A stretch of DNA of 64,000 nt from an uncultured Gammaproteobacteria bacterium (GCA_964427615.1 CAYRUR010000001.1:119303-183302), one strand, 5' to 3'; counted from the first letter of the stretch, positions 34,619-45,638 are shown. The notes: generated by a model from the sequence alone, not told the origin. Translations and numbers: made by a program.

Positions 34619-36480
34619 TAAAAATATTCTGGCATATCTTTGTCTTGCATTGCAAAACTTTGTTCACGTATTTCTTCAGGGAGTTCAAATAAAAAGCGGG
34701 AAACAGTATTTGAAGTTCTTTGTCCAAAAAAAAGTCGGCGTTTGGCATACGTTAAGTATAACTTGTGTTTTGCCCGGGTAATGCCTACATAGCAGAGTCT
34801 TCTTTCTTCTTCAACATCTGACTCATCAAAAAATGATTGGCTATGTGGGAAAAGACCTTCTTCCATACCTACCATAAAGACTACCGGAAATTCGAGCCCT
34901 TTGGCAGCATGAAAAGTCATAAGTGTGATTGCATTGGGTTTTTCTTCATTTTGAGATTTATCAGGCATGTATTCCTGCTCTACCAGAGAAACATTTTCCA
35001 AAAATTGCACAAGATTGGTAAAGGAAATAGCTACAGAACGCAGCTCTTTGATATTCTCAAGCCGTGCTTTGTCTTCTGGGTCATTGGCATCATACAGTCC
35101 TAGATAATCTACTTGTTTTATCACTTCATCTAAAATTTCAATGGTGGATTTTTCTTCCAGATAATTTTTTTGGTTAAATTCCTCAACGTATTCTAAGAAT
35201 AGTTTTGCTCTTCTCTTACCGATTTTCTCAATGCGAGAAAAAGCAACAGTGTCTTTTTGATTAGCTAGAAAAGAAAGAAATGAAAGTACATCTTTGATCT
35301 CTTTTCTTTCATAAAATCGGGTGCCTCCTACCAGCTTGTATGGTATACCGTGATGGAGCAAGACTTCCTCAAGAGCACGGGATTGAGCATTCATACGGTA
35401 TAACACGGCAACGTCAGAAAGGCTGAAAGAAGGATCTTGTCGAGAACGCTGGAGTATTTCTTGAATAATAAATTCTGCTTCATTTTGTTCACTTTCTGTC
35501 TCATGAATTTCTATCTCTTCTCCTGTAGGGTTTTGGGTCCAGAGAGCAAGAATAGGATGCGTGTTATTATGCTTGATAACGGTATACGCAGCATCTAAAA
35601 TGTTTTGGGTGGAGCGATAATTTTGGGATAAAGGAAACGTTTTAGCCTCAGTAAAGTCCTTTTTAAATTTTTCTAAGTTTCGGAAATCAGCACCGCGAAA
35701 ACTATAAATGCTTTGAGCAAAGTCTCCCACAATACACACATTACGATGCTTTTCTCCCAGTAGTTTAGTAAGTGTGTACTGGGCGTGGTTCGTATCCTGA
35801 TACTCATCCACCAAAATGTATTGATAGAGCTCCTGATATTTTTCCAGCACGGAAGGATTATCTTTTAATAGCCTGATTGTCTCAAGCAGTAAATCATCAA
35901 AATCAAGTGCATTATTTTCTCTTAAGAGATGCTGATAAAGTGGATAGACACGGGCCACTGTTTCTTGAAAATAACCTCTGGCGTATGAAGAGTACGTAGT
36001 TGGATCAAGCATTTGATTTTTAGCAGCAGAGATAGATTGGTGTACTGACTTAGGACGAATATTTTTAGGTGAAATATCCAATTTCTTAAATACTTCTTTG
36101 ACAATAGCCTGTTGGTCCTGGACATCATAAATAACAAAGTTACTTGGGATGCCAATGTGTTTTCCGTCACGGCGCAATAGACGAGCACATAATGAGTGAA
36201 AGGTGCCGACAGTTGGCAATGCGTACGTACCAATGTCCGTATGGTGTTGCCCTAATATCGTTTTTATTCGCTCAAGCATTTCATTGGCTGCTTTGTTGGT
36301 AAAGGTAACCATGAGAATGTGGGAAGGGTGAATATTTTTTTCAAGAATCAAATAAAGGACTTTGTACACGAGTACTCGTGTTTTACCACTGCCTGCTCCT
36401 GCCAACACAATTTGCGGACCCTGGGTAGTCTTTACTGCTTCTTGTTGTTCTTTGTTTAGCTCATTGAGAAACTGATTCAT
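34618..36480 (-). CDS. UvrD/PcrA/Rep-family ATP-dependent DNA helicase
   Basis: Motif I AGAGSGKTRVL, motif II VDEYQDTN, and later helicase motifs (VGDFAQSIYSFRGA, YRS). Confidence 0.85.
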   Translation of the reverse strand: MNQFLNELNKEQQEAVKTTQGPQIVLAGAGSGKTRVLVYKVLYLILEKNIHPSHILMVTFTNKAANEMLERIKTILGQHHTDIGTYALPTVGTFHSLCARLLRRDGKHIGIPSNFVIYDVQDQQAIVKEVFKKLDISPKNIRPKSVHQSISAAKNQMLDPTTYSSYARGYFQETVARVYPLYQHLLRENNALDFDDLLLETIRLLKDNPSVLEKYQELYQYILVDEYQDTNHAQYTLTKLLGEKHRNVCIVGDFAQSIYSFRGADFRNLEKFKKDFTEAKTFPLSQNYRSTQNILDAAYTVIKHNNTHPILALWTQNPTGEEIEIHETESEQNEAEFIIQEILQRSRQDPSFSLSDVAVLYRMNAQSRALEEVLLHHGIPYKLVGGTRFYERKEIKDVLSFLSFLANQKDTVAFSRIEKIGKRRAKLFLEYVEEFNQKNYLEEKSTIEILDEVIKQVDYLGLYDANDPEDKARLENIKELRSVAISFTNLVQFLENVSLVEQEYMPDKSQNEEKPNAITLMTFHAAKGLEFPVVFMVGMEEGLFPHSQSFFDESDVEEERRLCYVGITRAKHKLYLTYAKRRLFFGQRTSNTVSRFLFELPEEIREQSFAMQDKDMPEYF

Positions 36481-36567
36481 AACTTGCTATAATGAAGATT
36501 GCTTAAATAAGGGTGGGCACGTTATCAGTGCTTCTCCTTTGATTATACCAGATCCTCTCCACAAAGC

Positions 36568-37236
36568 ATGGAAAAAAAACTATATATCGGCAATTGGAAA
36601 TCACACAAAACGAGTGATCAGACTAGAGTTTTTTGGCAGCAATTTGCTAAAGAAATCGAAAACATTTCCCTTACCCATCAAGAAGTAGTTGTCTGTCCTT
36701 CTTTTACAGCACTTGGTGTGAGCAGAGAACTAATCAGATACCATGCTTTGCCAGTAAAACTGGGATCACAAGATATTTCCCCTTTTCCAGAAGGAGCCTA
36801 CACAGGTGAGGTAGCAGGATCTCAGCTGAAAGAATTAGCAGATTATGTTATTATTGGTCATTCAGAACGTCGGAATTTATTGAATGAAACCGATAAAGAT
36901 GTAGAAGAGAAAGTAACACAGGCAAAAGCACAGGGTCTTATTCCTGTTGTATGTGTTCAGGGATCAGAGACACCAATTCCAGCTGAAAGCAAGTATGTGG
37001 CCTACGAGCCAGTAACAGCCATTGGTACTGGTAATCCTGATAGCCCTGAAAATATTGCAGCAGTTTTTTCTGCTATTCATAGGGACCGGCCGGATGTTAC
37101 CCTGCTCTATGGTGGCAGTGTTAATGAGGAAAATGTAAAAAATTTTATGCACATTCCTCTTTTGTCTGGTTTTTTAATTGGGGGTGCAAGCCTTGATCCA
37201 GGTACGTTTGCCCGCATTATTCAATCTCATGAGTAA
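36568..37236 (+). CDS. tpiA: Triosephosphate isomerase
   Basis: IGNWKSHKT, IIGHSERR and YEPVTAIGTG active-site motifs. Confidence 0.9.
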   Translation: MEKKLYIGNWKSHKTSDQTRVFWQQFAKEIENISLTHQEVVVCPSFTALGVSRELIRYHALPVKLGSQDISPFPEGAYTGEVAGSQLKELADYVIIGHSERRNLLNETDKDVEEKVTQAKAQGLIPVVCVQGSETPIPAESKYVAYEPVTAIGTGNPDSPENIAAVFSAIHRDRPDVTLLYGGSVNEENVKNFMHIPLLSGFLIGGASLDPGTFARIIQSHE

Positions 37237-38365
37237 AAGAAGAAAAATTACGATTATTGCTGTCAGTACTCTTCTGCTTTTAGGTGGAATACTTTTTTAT
37301 TTTAGAGCATTTTTGCCTCTTTTTGTAACGGTTGCATCCCCTATCCCCTTGCAAACACCACAAGAAGAAAAAGATTTTAATGTACTGTTGCTCGGTAAAG
37401 GTGGAGCACGTCATGATGGACCAGATTTAACAGACACGATTATGGTAGCCAATGTGCAGCCTGCCAAAAATAGAGTAAATCTGATTTCTCTTCCTCGTGA
37501 TCTATGGATCCCGCATATTCCTGGAAAGATTAACACTGCTTATGCTTTTGGACAAGAAAAGGGAGATGGAAAAGGTATGCTACTAGCAAAAGCTGTAGTA
37601 CAGAGAGTAACAGGAGTAGATATTGATTACGTCTTTGTTCTGGATTTTGATGGCTTTACTACGCTAATAGACCATTTGGGTGGTATTGATGTAAATGTGA
37701 AGCGGTCATTTGATGATTATGAATACCCCGTAGAAGGAAATGAAGCAGACTTATGTGGCCATACAGAGGAAGAAGCTGCACGCCTGGCAACTGAGTCAGC
37801 AAGCATGCTTGAAGTTTTCCCATGCCGATATAAGCATCTGCATTTTGATAAAGGTGTGCAGCATATGGATGGAAATACAGCGCTTGAATTTGTTCGTTCC
37901 CGTCATGCATTGGGTCCTGAAGGAAGTGATTTTGCCCGCAGTGCCCGTCAGCAGGAAGTGATTAAAGCTACCCGTGAAAAAGCACTCTCTCTTAACATTT
38001 TGTTAAATCCGGTAAAAGTGTTAGGTATTTATGATATTGTAAAACAAAATATTGACACTGATATTCCTGTAGAACAGTATGATAAATTTGCCAAAATTGC
38101 AAAGAGAATGAGTGACGTAACTATTAAAAGTTTTGTTATCTCAGAAGATGATCTCAGTAATGATACCTATGGATTGCTTACCAACCCTCCTACGGCAAAA
38201 GAATATGGATACCAGTGGGTACTTGCTCCCAGAGCTGGTAATGGTGCCTTTGATGAGATTCGGGAGTATGTAGCCTGTGTTATCAGTGGTAATAACTGTC
38301 TTATCACCAAAACAGGTATTAGTAGTATGCCAGCAACTGGTTCAGCAGAACTATCAACGCACTAA
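37229..38365 (+). CDS. LytR-CpsA-Psr (LCP) family cell-wall glycopolymer ligase
   Basis: N-terminal transmembrane helix, then LLLGKGGARHDGPDLTDTIMVANVQPAKNRVNLISLPRDLWIP, the LCP core. The ATG at 37229 overlaps the tpiA stop (ATGAGTAA). Confidence 0.75.
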   Translation: MSKRRKITIIAVSTLLLLGGILFYFRAFLPLFVTVASPIPLQTPQEEKDFNVLLLGKGGARHDGPDLTDTIMVANVQPAKNRVNLISLPRDLWIPHIPGKINTAYAFGQEKGDGKGMLLAKAVVQRVTGVDIDYVFVLDFDGFTTLIDHLGGIDVNVKRSFDDYEYPVEGNEADLCGHTEEEAARLATESASMLEVFPCRYKHLHFDKGVQHMDGNTALEFVRSRHALGPEGSDFARSARQQEVIKATREKALSLNILLNPVKVLGIYDIVKQNIDTDIPVEQYDKFAKIAKRMSDVTIKSFVISEDDLSNDTYGLLTNPPTAKEYGYQWVLAPRAGNGAFDEIREYVACVISGNNCLITKTGISSMPATGSAELSTH

Positions 38366-40512
38366 TTACGGACTTTATAAATGGTTACCCCTGGATTTTG
38401 ATAGATCACACTCCCTAACGTTTGTAACTGTTCTTCTTTGAGGAATGGATATTTTTCTCGCTCCAGGTTGCCTACATAAATGTATGAAACATTGTACTTT
38501 TTAAGTACTGCTCTTGCTTGTGGAAGGGTACCTTCATAAATAGTTTTTACCTCGTTGATACGAGGAGAAACCATTTCATAGGTTCCTCTCCAGAGCCATT
38601 CATGTACAGTCCACCCCATGATAGTAGGAAGACCAGTATTGGCAGAAATGCGCTCGTAGTCTGTATATGATTCTCCCTGTGCTTCAACCATAATAGGTTG
38701 TCCATTAATGTTTTTGTTGATCCAGTCAATCGCTTCTTTATCGTATGGGTGAAGAATATCTAAATAAGCAAGTCCATTCAGTCCTTTATAGGCAGAAAGG
38801 TTGTTGTAATAAGAAGAAATTGCAAAGTATGGGTAAGCAAAGATGGAAACTAACAGCACAATACTTGCAAGCATCAGTATTGTATTGCGAGCTGGTTTTA
38901 TGACTGAAATGATCACGGCAGAAGATACTAAGGAAAGCATAATAAACGCTTGATAGCCAAGCTTAAACATAGTATTAGCGCGATAATGTTGGGGGTAAAT
39001 ATCTTTTACATAGATAAATTCAGGTGCCAACAAAAGCAGTAGTGAAAGAAAAAGTAAGGCAAGTACAAATAACGACTCTCCTTTTTGTACTTTTATTTTT
39101 AGGGTTAAGAAGTAATAGATAAAAACAGCCCCAAAAAAGAGGAAAAAGCCATGCAAAATGAAAAATTGCCACCAGACAGAGCGTTGACAATGGTTTTGCT
39201 CAAAAAGAAGGGGTCCTAGTTTGCCAAGATGGGTTAAAAAGTCAGGAGCACAAATTACACCAACTCCAGAGACAAAAGGTGAAAAATGCAGACTAAAAGG
39301 CAAAGAAAAAAGGAAAAAACCAATAACAAGCGTTGCCATAGAGGCAAAAAGAGGAAGCAAAGTATTAGAAATTCTCTGGATATTTTTTGGAAGTGAGATG
39401 GATATTTTTTTAAAAAGAGAGATAGTTCGTGATCCTTTGAAACGTAGACGAGGGATAAAAAGCAGGAGAAAGATCAAAAAGCTAAGAGTCAAGTAGATAG
39501 CCCCATCCCAGGCATTGGTCATGTACAGCACTGCTATAACCAGTGATAAGAGAATGAGGAGTGGAAGGTGGACATTCTTGGTTTTGTAGATGGATAAAAG
39601 AAGTGCAATAGTGAGTAATACAAATGGAATATCAAGCACATGTCCATGCAAATCTGAGACAACAAAAGAGTAAATCGGAAATTCGTGGATAGTAAAAGGA
39701 ATAAAACGAGTTGCATTTGGGTACCAATAATCATTCGGAAATGTTTGTAATGAAAAGGCAAGGTTCCAAAAAGGAAGGGGGTTATCAGCAGGGTAGGAAG
39801 TGAAAAAAGCATACAGAGTGTGCAGGTTACCTCCTAGCGAAACCAAGAATCCAGCAAGAATTCCCTGTACTACTCTATTTGTTGTAAGTTTTTTGGTAGC
39901 GGTAAGCAGATGGAGTCCAATTGAAAAACTTAAAGAAAATGTGAACGCAAAAAGAGTGGCAACCATGAGGTTAAAGGTAATAAAAGCAGGGATACTGCTT
40001 ATTTTGGTAAGGACTGCGGTAACCAGATGCCCAAAGTAGTAATAATTAATGGAAAGAGGTGCAAACCACATATCCTTAGGCGGAAAATACTCGCTTCTTA
40101 AAATCGAGTTAATAAAGCCAAAATCCATGTATTTCTCAAGTCCTTGGATACTTGGCTCGTGTCCTCTGATATATACCCAAAAAAGAAAGGTTGCTAAGAA
40201 AAGTAATTCTTCTGCAACCAACAATTTTTTATTAACGGTACTAACAGATAAAAAGTTCTTTTTTAACAAAAGGCTATTGATGCCAAAAGCAATGAATAAT
40301 ACAGTGAGTATGGTGTAAAAATGAAACGGCGCAATATGAAAAATACCCAGAAGAAAGATAGTGTAGGATAACAAAAGAACTCCTAATACTTTGGAAAACA
40401 GGTAACCTCTATCCAAAAATGACGGAAAAAGAAGTGCCGTAAGTGGAAAAAAAATAACACCGATATAAAATAAAAGCAGCCACCATTGTGTAATAAAGAG
40501 TATGTCGCTCAT
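38362..40512 (-). CDS. DUF2298 / Chlor_Arch_YYY-domain polytopic membrane protein (GT-C-like)
   Basis: 716 aa with at least 12 transmembrane helices, the hallmark INYYYFGH motif, and a C-terminal soluble domain. Confidence 0.55.
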   Translation of the reverse strand: MSDILFITQWWLLLFYIGVIFFPLTALLFPSFLDRGYLFSKVLGVLLLSYTIFLLGIFHIAPFHFYTILTVLFIAFGINSLLLKKNFLSVSTVNKKLLVAEELLFLATFLFWVYIRGHEPSIQGLEKYMDFGFINSILRSEYFPPKDMWFAPLSINYYYFGHLVTAVLTKISSIPAFITFNLMVATLFAFTFSLSFSIGLHLLTATKKLTTNRVVQGILAGFLVSLGGNLHTLYAFFTSYPADNPLPFWNLAFSLQTFPNDYWYPNATRFIPFTIHEFPIYSFVVSDLHGHVLDIPFVLLTIALLLSIYKTKNVHLPLLILLSLVIAVLYMTNAWDGAIYLTLSFLIFLLLFIPRLRFKGSRTISLFKKISISLPKNIQRISNTLLPLFASMATLVIGFFLFSLPFSLHFSPFVSGVGVICAPDFLTHLGKLGPLLFEQNHCQRSVWWQFFILHGFFLFFGAVFIYYFLTLKIKVQKGESLFVLALLFLSLLLLLAPEFIYVKDIYPQHYRANTMFKLGYQAFIMLSLVSSAVIISVIKPARNTILMLASIVLLVSIFAYPYFAISSYYNNLSAYKGLNGLAYLDILHPYDKEAIDWINKNINGQPIMVEAQGESYTDYERISANTGLPTIMGWTVHEWLWRGTYEMVSPRINEVKTIYEGTLPQARAVLKKYNVSYIYVGNLEREKYPFLKEEQLQTLGSVIYQNPGVTIYKVRN

Positions 40513-40568
40513 AGCTATATTATTTTCTGTTTCGTTTTTTTGATATTATGCAGGTAGAAAAAGCTTTT

Positions 40569-41138
40569 TTATTTTTTCTTTTTTTCAAAATACAGATTAT
40601 AAAATTCCAGTAAGTCATGAATAGGAGTAATATTTTTTGGTAATCTCTTTTGAGGTAACCTCTCTCCATTTTTTACCCAATAGAACTGTATTTTAGGGTT
40701 TTGTTTAGCAAGATACAGGAGTAAATCTAAATCATCATCAATAAAAGTATCGATTTTTGTTTTTTGGATAACTCTATTTTTTTCCAAATGGGGTTGTTTA
40801 TTTTTAAAATTAAAATGAATTTCTTTAAAAAGAGGTTGCATATTGTGTCTTATTATCCATTCCTCTGTTTTTTGTTTTAAAAAACCGAATCTTCCAGATA
40901 TTAAGTAAAGGTCATGATTATTTTGTTTGGCTATTTTTTGCAGAATCTGGACATTTTTTGTAATAGGTTTGCGCAACACTGGGTGGTGGGAAAGAATGCG
41001 TACTTTTTGTTCTATTTTTCCAGGAATACGGTATGACAGTCTTCTTGTTCTTTTTTTATACAGAAAATGAACAAGAGACGTGGGAATAAATGGCGGGAAA
41101 TTTACAAACACTTTGTCAAAATCAAATCCTATTTTCAT
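40569..41138 (-). CDS. Hypothetical protein (possible HAD-like or nucleotidase fold)
   Basis: 189-aa ORF starting MKIGFDFDKVF. Weak resemblance only. Confidence 0.3.
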   Translation of the reverse strand: MKIGFDFDKVFVNFPPFIPTSLVHFLYKKRTRRLSYRIPGKIEQKVRILSHHPVLRKPITKNVQILQKIAKQNNHDLYLISGRFGFLKQKTEEWIIRHNMQPLFKEIHFNFKNKQPHLEKNRVIQKTKIDTFIDDDLDLLLYLAKQNPKIQFYWVKNGERLPQKRLPKNITPIHDLLEFYNLYFEKKKK

Positions 41139-42184
41139 AAAAATTTGTTAATAATTTCGAGTAGCTTAAAATTCCAAATTGTTTTATGGGTTTTGCCGAC
41201 AGTATGTAAAAACTCTTTGCGATGTTCTTTATACCAATCATAACTTTCAATGAGAATTTCTTTATTTGATTTGGTAGGAGTAAACCGTAACTGCTTTTTA
41301 GCTTTTTCAATACTGACATAGGAATTAACGGGAAAGGTTTTGTAATGCCAGGCAACAATAGGAGATAAATGCAGTTTTTCCAAAATTGCCAGAGCTGTTT
41401 GGGTAGGCAGTACGGGTAAAGATAAAATTTTGGACTGTGATTTGGCGTGCTTGATAAGTGCTGAGAGATCTTTTTTCCAGGTATCATAGCGATCAGTACC
41501 TACATTGAAAATTTCACCATCTTTTTTAGTAAGGAGCGCAGATTCGATTGCACGACAGAGATCTTGTACTTCAAGGAGTTGGTAGAGGTTATTTCCTTTG
41601 CCTAAAATAAACACGGGCTTATTGTTATATATTGCTTCAAACCACAGGGTAAAAACACCTAGTCGTTCTGGCCCTAAAAATGTTTTGGGACGCAGAATGT
41701 TAAGGGATAATCCTTTTTTATGATATTGAAAGCACAATTTTTCTCCCGCAGCTTTTGATTCTCCATAATAACCGATAGGATAAATTTCGTCTGTCTCTTC
41801 TTCAGGTAATTTTTTGGGTACTCCATACATAGCGGTAGTAGAGATAAAGATAAGTCGTTTTACTTTTTGTTGTAAAGTTGCCTCAAGTACATTTCTGGTA
41901 CCCTTTACATTGACATCAAAAATATACTCTCTATTTTGATGAATAGGTAGTGCTGCTGCAGCATGGACTACGTAGTCTACTCCTTTTGTGGCTGCTAGTA
42001 TTTTTTTCTTATCTCGAATATCAGCTGTAATAACCGTAACTTTTCCTTCTAAGTCTTTGGCAGCAAGTGGAGCAATGTCATAAAGGATGACGTTATACTG
42101 TTGTTTTAAAAAATGGCGAGCCAAATGGGTCCCTAAAAAACCAGTTCCTCCAGTTATTAAAATAGTCTTTTTTCGTTTTGGCAT
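41135..42184 (-). CDS. NAD-dependent epimerase/dehydratase (extended SDR) family protein
   Basis: ILITGGTGFLGTHLARHFL Rossmann motif, and YGESKAAGE (YxxxK). Confidence 0.8.
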   Translation of the reverse strand: MPKRKKTILITGGTGFLGTHLARHFLKQQYNVILYDIAPLAAKDLEGKVTVITADIRDKKKILAATKGVDYVVHAAAALPIHQNREYIFDVNVKGTRNVLEATLQQKVKRLIFISTTAMYGVPKKLPEEETDEIYPIGYYGESKAAGEKLCFQYHKKGLSLNILRPKTFLGPERLGVFTLWFEAIYNNKPVFILGKGNNLYQLLEVQDLCRAIESALLTKKDGEIFNVGTDRYDTWKKDLSALIKHAKSQSKILSLPVLPTQTALAILEKLHLSPIVAWHYKTFPVNSYVSIEKAKKQLRFTPTKSNKEILIESYDWYKEHRKEFLHTVGKTHKTIWNFKLLEIINKFL

Positions 42185-42256
42185 ATACGTATTGTACTAT
42201 GGTACGTAAGAAAAATAAAATCCTTCATGTCTTTGTTTAACAAGTAAGACTGACTT

Positions 42257-43942
42257 TTATAGGCGTTTAAAGATAATAACATGGGGATGATCATAAACCG
42301 TAAATGATTCATCAGCGCTTTGATCATTGATTGTTATATTCGTAAAGGGAATAGTAGGAAAACTAGTAAATTCTGCCACTTTTTGAAAACCTAATGCTCC
42401 TGTTAATAACTGGTGATAATAGGCTGCTGTAAGGGGATAGCAGAAGTTAGGAGATAATTTTTGGCAGTTAGTCAACTTTTGTAGAGGCTCAGCAAGTCTT
42501 TGAGAAGAAAGAATAATATAATCTGTCTCTAACAACTGTTCTCGAATCAAGTGCCATTTTTGAGTGGTATCAGGTTGATAAAGATCTAACGTGATAAAGG
42601 TATATTTATTGCTATCATACAGTGGCAAGGCATCATCCCAGTACTCTACTGCTAGGCTGCTGTCTGCAGGAATGGAGCGATGGATCCAGTCAGAGGCTTG
42701 CATACGCGTATGGTCTTTTGTGTAAATCTGCATAAAGCTTAAAGGCCAGATAAGAAGAAGTAAAGATAAAACAATACCTAGCGCAAGACTTTTTTTAAAT
42801 GAAAAAAAAGCAAGTATTTTTTCAAAAAGGATGGCAGCAAAGAGAACAATCAATGGATAGACAGGCAACATATATCGCATCCACCCTACAGCAAAACTAC
42901 CCACTATTGCTAAGTGGAGCAAGAAAAATATCAGCACAATAACCAGTGGTAATTTCTCTTTTTTCTTTTTCCAAATACTAACCAGAAGATAGAAAAAACC
43001 TGTTGCAGCAAAAAGAGATAACAAGGGTCCTAGTCCCCACAGAAAGATTTGTTTTAGCTGATACCAGTAGGGAGTAATGCCTACATACTGCAAGGTGTAA
43101 GGAAATGTGAAAGCACTCTTGGTCATGACTGCTTGTTCTGTTGTTTGCTGCCAGAATGAGTCAAAATCAATAAAGGCATAGGGTTCAAAAAGAAAAAGAA
43201 AAAGTACCCCTACACCAGTAAAAAAAAGTGCCTGCGTTAAAAATAAAGAAATACTTTTTTTTAAGTTTTTTTGTTTTTTGGCAAGATGGGGATAGATGGT
43301 TTTTGCCATCAGTGCTATGCCAAGCGGTGCAATAAGAAGAATAGCACTTATTTTGGTAGCTATGGCTGCAGCTGTAAAAATAGCCAGTAAAAGTATGTTT
43401 TGCAAAGAAGGAGTTTGTAAGTAGCGGATGATTTGCCATAAGGTAAGGATAGTAAAAAAAGTGAGAAGAATATCAACTGCATAAAAGTGGGATGTTTGGA
43501 TAGGAAAAACAGCAGTGGTATACAAGGCAGCTACAAGAAGCCCTGTTTTTTCTGAAAATAATTTTTTTCCTATAAAAAACAATACTAACACAGTTCCAGT
43601 ATCTGCCAAAGCTGATAAGAGTCGGCCTAAAATATTAATCTTAGTGTAATTGCCAAAATCAGGATCAAGAAAAGAGAAAGGATAGGCAAAAAGTTTTAAT
43701 AGGTAAAAAGGCAGACTGCCGTAAGCAAAAAAATGAGGATTCAAAGGACTTTGCTCAGAAAAAAAAGCAGACAACGAAGAGGGTAAGGAGAGTTTTTCTA
43801 CAGTCATCACAATAGCTCTTTCATCAGGATGTAAATGCGTTCCTTTATCCCAATTGATGTTGTATGTTCTGAGCAGAAAAGCCAAGAAGAGAATGGCAAG
43901 TAATATTCCTTTGGTGATGGGAGTAAGATGTTTTTTATTCAT
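42257..43942 (-). CDS. GT-C-fold polytopic membrane glycosyltransferase candidate (paralog A)
   Basis: 561 aa, at least 11 transmembrane helices, an acidic first-loop motif HLHPDERAIVMT, and a soluble C-terminal domain. Paralogous to 43935..45638. Confidence 0.5.
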   Translation of the reverse strand: MNKKHLTPITKGILLAILFLAFLLRTYNINWDKGTHLHPDERAIVMTVEKLSLPSSLSAFFSEQSPLNPHFFAYGSLPFYLLKLFAYPFSFLDPDFGNYTKINILGRLLSALADTGTVLVLFFIGKKLFSEKTGLLVAALYTTAVFPIQTSHFYAVDILLTFFTILTLWQIIRYLQTPSLQNILLLAIFTAAAIATKISAILLIAPLGIALMAKTIYPHLAKKQKNLKKSISLFLTQALFFTGVGVLFLFLFEPYAFIDFDSFWQQTTEQAVMTKSAFTFPYTLQYVGITPYWYQLKQIFLWGLGPLLSLFAATGFFYLLVSIWKKKKEKLPLVIVLIFFLLHLAIVGSFAVGWMRYMLPVYPLIVLFAAILFEKILAFFSFKKSLALGIVLSLLLLIWPLSFMQIYTKDHTRMQASDWIHRSIPADSSLAVEYWDDALPLYDSNKYTFITLDLYQPDTTQKWHLIREQLLETDYIILSSQRLAEPLQKLTNCQKLSPNFCYPLTAAYYHQLLTGALGFQKVAEFTSFPTIPFTNITINDQSADESFTVYDHPHVIIFKRL

Positions 43943-45638
43943 GTTTTACTTCAAAAAGATACACAGTAGGTCTGTCAAAAACATATGCTGTCTCTTCAAG
44001 ATATGTTTCAAAACCACCCAGATAAGCAATTCTACAAAATAGGTTGCAGTTTGTTTTATAGACCAATTCATACTTTTTTTCATCAAAAAGCCCAGTGTAA
44101 AAAGAATGTCCTGCAGGAAATTGCTCAGGCTGGGAAAGACGAGATTTTAACACTCTTTGGCTCGGAAGTAGCACGTAATTTGTCATCTGTAACTGCTGTT
44201 GTAAAAGTTCTTTTTTTGCAGAGTCTTGGTCAAGTGAGTAAAAATCAAAAATAGTAATAGTTTGGGGCAGTTCTTGAAAGGCGGTAAGTCCTACATCATA
44301 CGGTTCACTTAAGAGGTGTTGTTGAGGAGGAAGGTTTTGTTTCATCCAAGATGAGGCATCTACTCTCGTATCTGGATATAAATATACAGTAACGAAAAAG
44401 GATATGCCAAATAAGGCACTGATGACACTTATCGTTACAAATGCAAGGTACTTATCTACAGCAAGTGAAAAAGGTTGAATAAGTTTCGGCACTCTCTCAT
44501 ATGGAAATCGAGCTACCAGAAGAGCAATAAAAAGGTATATAAATGGCAGTAATGGCACCATGTAACGGGTCCATTTCACAAATAAAAATGCTTGCGAAGC
44601 AAAAAGAATAAAAAAAGCTAGCAAATATATGCCAAAAGAATTTTTATATTGTATGCTTTTCACAAAAAAGAACACTAAAGCAGGAAGCATAAGAAGGGTT
44701 AGAAGTGGATTAAGTAAAAAAGGAAAGACTTTAAAGAGCTGAAAGACAACAGGTGTAGTATCAATAAATCCTTGAGTATAAAAAACAGGAAGACTGCCTG
44801 TAGCAACAGAAGACTCATATTGCATGCTGGCTAAAAACGAAGTGGTATCTAACAAAACATATGGATTGCTTACGACAAAAATACTTACTGGAATAACAAA
44901 AAGAAAAACAGTGTAGGCAATAGATGTGTATATTTTTTGGGATAAAGGTGTTGCTTGATGGATAAGATCATACAGCAACACAATAAAAGGTAATGCCAGT
45001 AGTGGTAAAGACGAGACTTTTAGGGCAATACTTATTCCTAGACAGATAGTAGAGATTAGGAAAAAGAGCAATCTTTTGTTTTTTATATAGAGTACTAAAG
45101 TATATACAAAGGCAAAGTAAAAAAAGGTAAGCCACATTTCATAGGTCCCAAAATGAGTATATTGGATAAGTCCTGTGCTTACTGTTGCCAAGAAAAGGGC
45201 AAAAATGCCTGTGCTCTGCTGATCTAGTTGTTTTGCAGCTTTATAAATGAGGATAAGTAGTAAGGTTGAGAAAAGAACGGAAAGAAAACGAAGTATTAAA
45301 ATAGCTTGCTCAAAAGTAGCTTGAAAAGGAGAAATGCTCTGTCCAGTAAGCCTATTCCACACAACGGCTGTTGCATACGTGAGATAAATAGGCAAACTAC
45401 CATAAGCAAAAAAATGAGGATTAAGGTTATCAGGATAGGATAGATTTACAACAGCTGAGGCAATGTTGCGTTCATCAGGATGAAAATAGTAAGGAGCACC
45501 CCAATTAAGGTTATAGAAACGTAGCAAAAATCCAAGGGCAACAATGAGAAAGAGAAAAAAAGAAACGGAACGTGGATAACTTTTCATGTTTCTATGCTTT
45601 TTGATCCTCCACCATGATCTGAGCTGCTTTTTCACCAA
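43935..45638 (-). CDS. GT-C-fold polytopic membrane glycosyltransferase candidate (paralog B)
   Basis: 567 aa, first-loop FHPDERNIASAV motif, and the same architecture as paralog A. The two genes are in tandem and overlap by 8 nt. Confidence 0.5.
   Translation of the reverse strand: MVKKQLRSWWRIKKHRNMKSYPRSVSFFLFLIVALGFLLRFYNLNWGAPYYFHPDERNIASAVVNLSYPDNLNPHFFAYGSLPIYLTYATAVVWNRLTGQSISPFQATFEQAILILRFLSVLFSTLLLILIYKAAKQLDQQSTGIFALFLATVSTGLIQYTHFGTYEMWLTFFYFAFVYTLVLYIKNKRLLFFLISTICLGISIALKVSSLPLLALPFIVLLYDLIHQATPLSQKIYTSIAYTVFLFVIPVSIFVVSNPYVLLDTTSFLASMQYESSVATGSLPVFYTQGFIDTTPVVFQLFKVFPFLLNPLLTLLMLPALVFFFVKSIQYKNSFGIYLLAFFILFASQAFLFVKWTRYMVPLLPFIYLFIALLVARFPYERVPKLIQPFSLAVDKYLAFVTISVISALFGISFFVTVYLYPDTRVDASSWMKQNLPPQQHLLSEPYDVGLTAFQELPQTITIFDFYSLDQDSAKKELLQQQLQMTNYVLLPSQRVLKSRLSQPEQFPAGHSFYTGLFDEKKYELVYKTNCNLFCRIAYLGGFETYLEETAYVFDRPTVYLFEVKHE

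Noticed and set aside
41122-41487. 121-aa minus-strand ORF
   Set aside because: It is entirely nested, out of frame, within the 3' part of the SDR epimerase gene (41135..42184).
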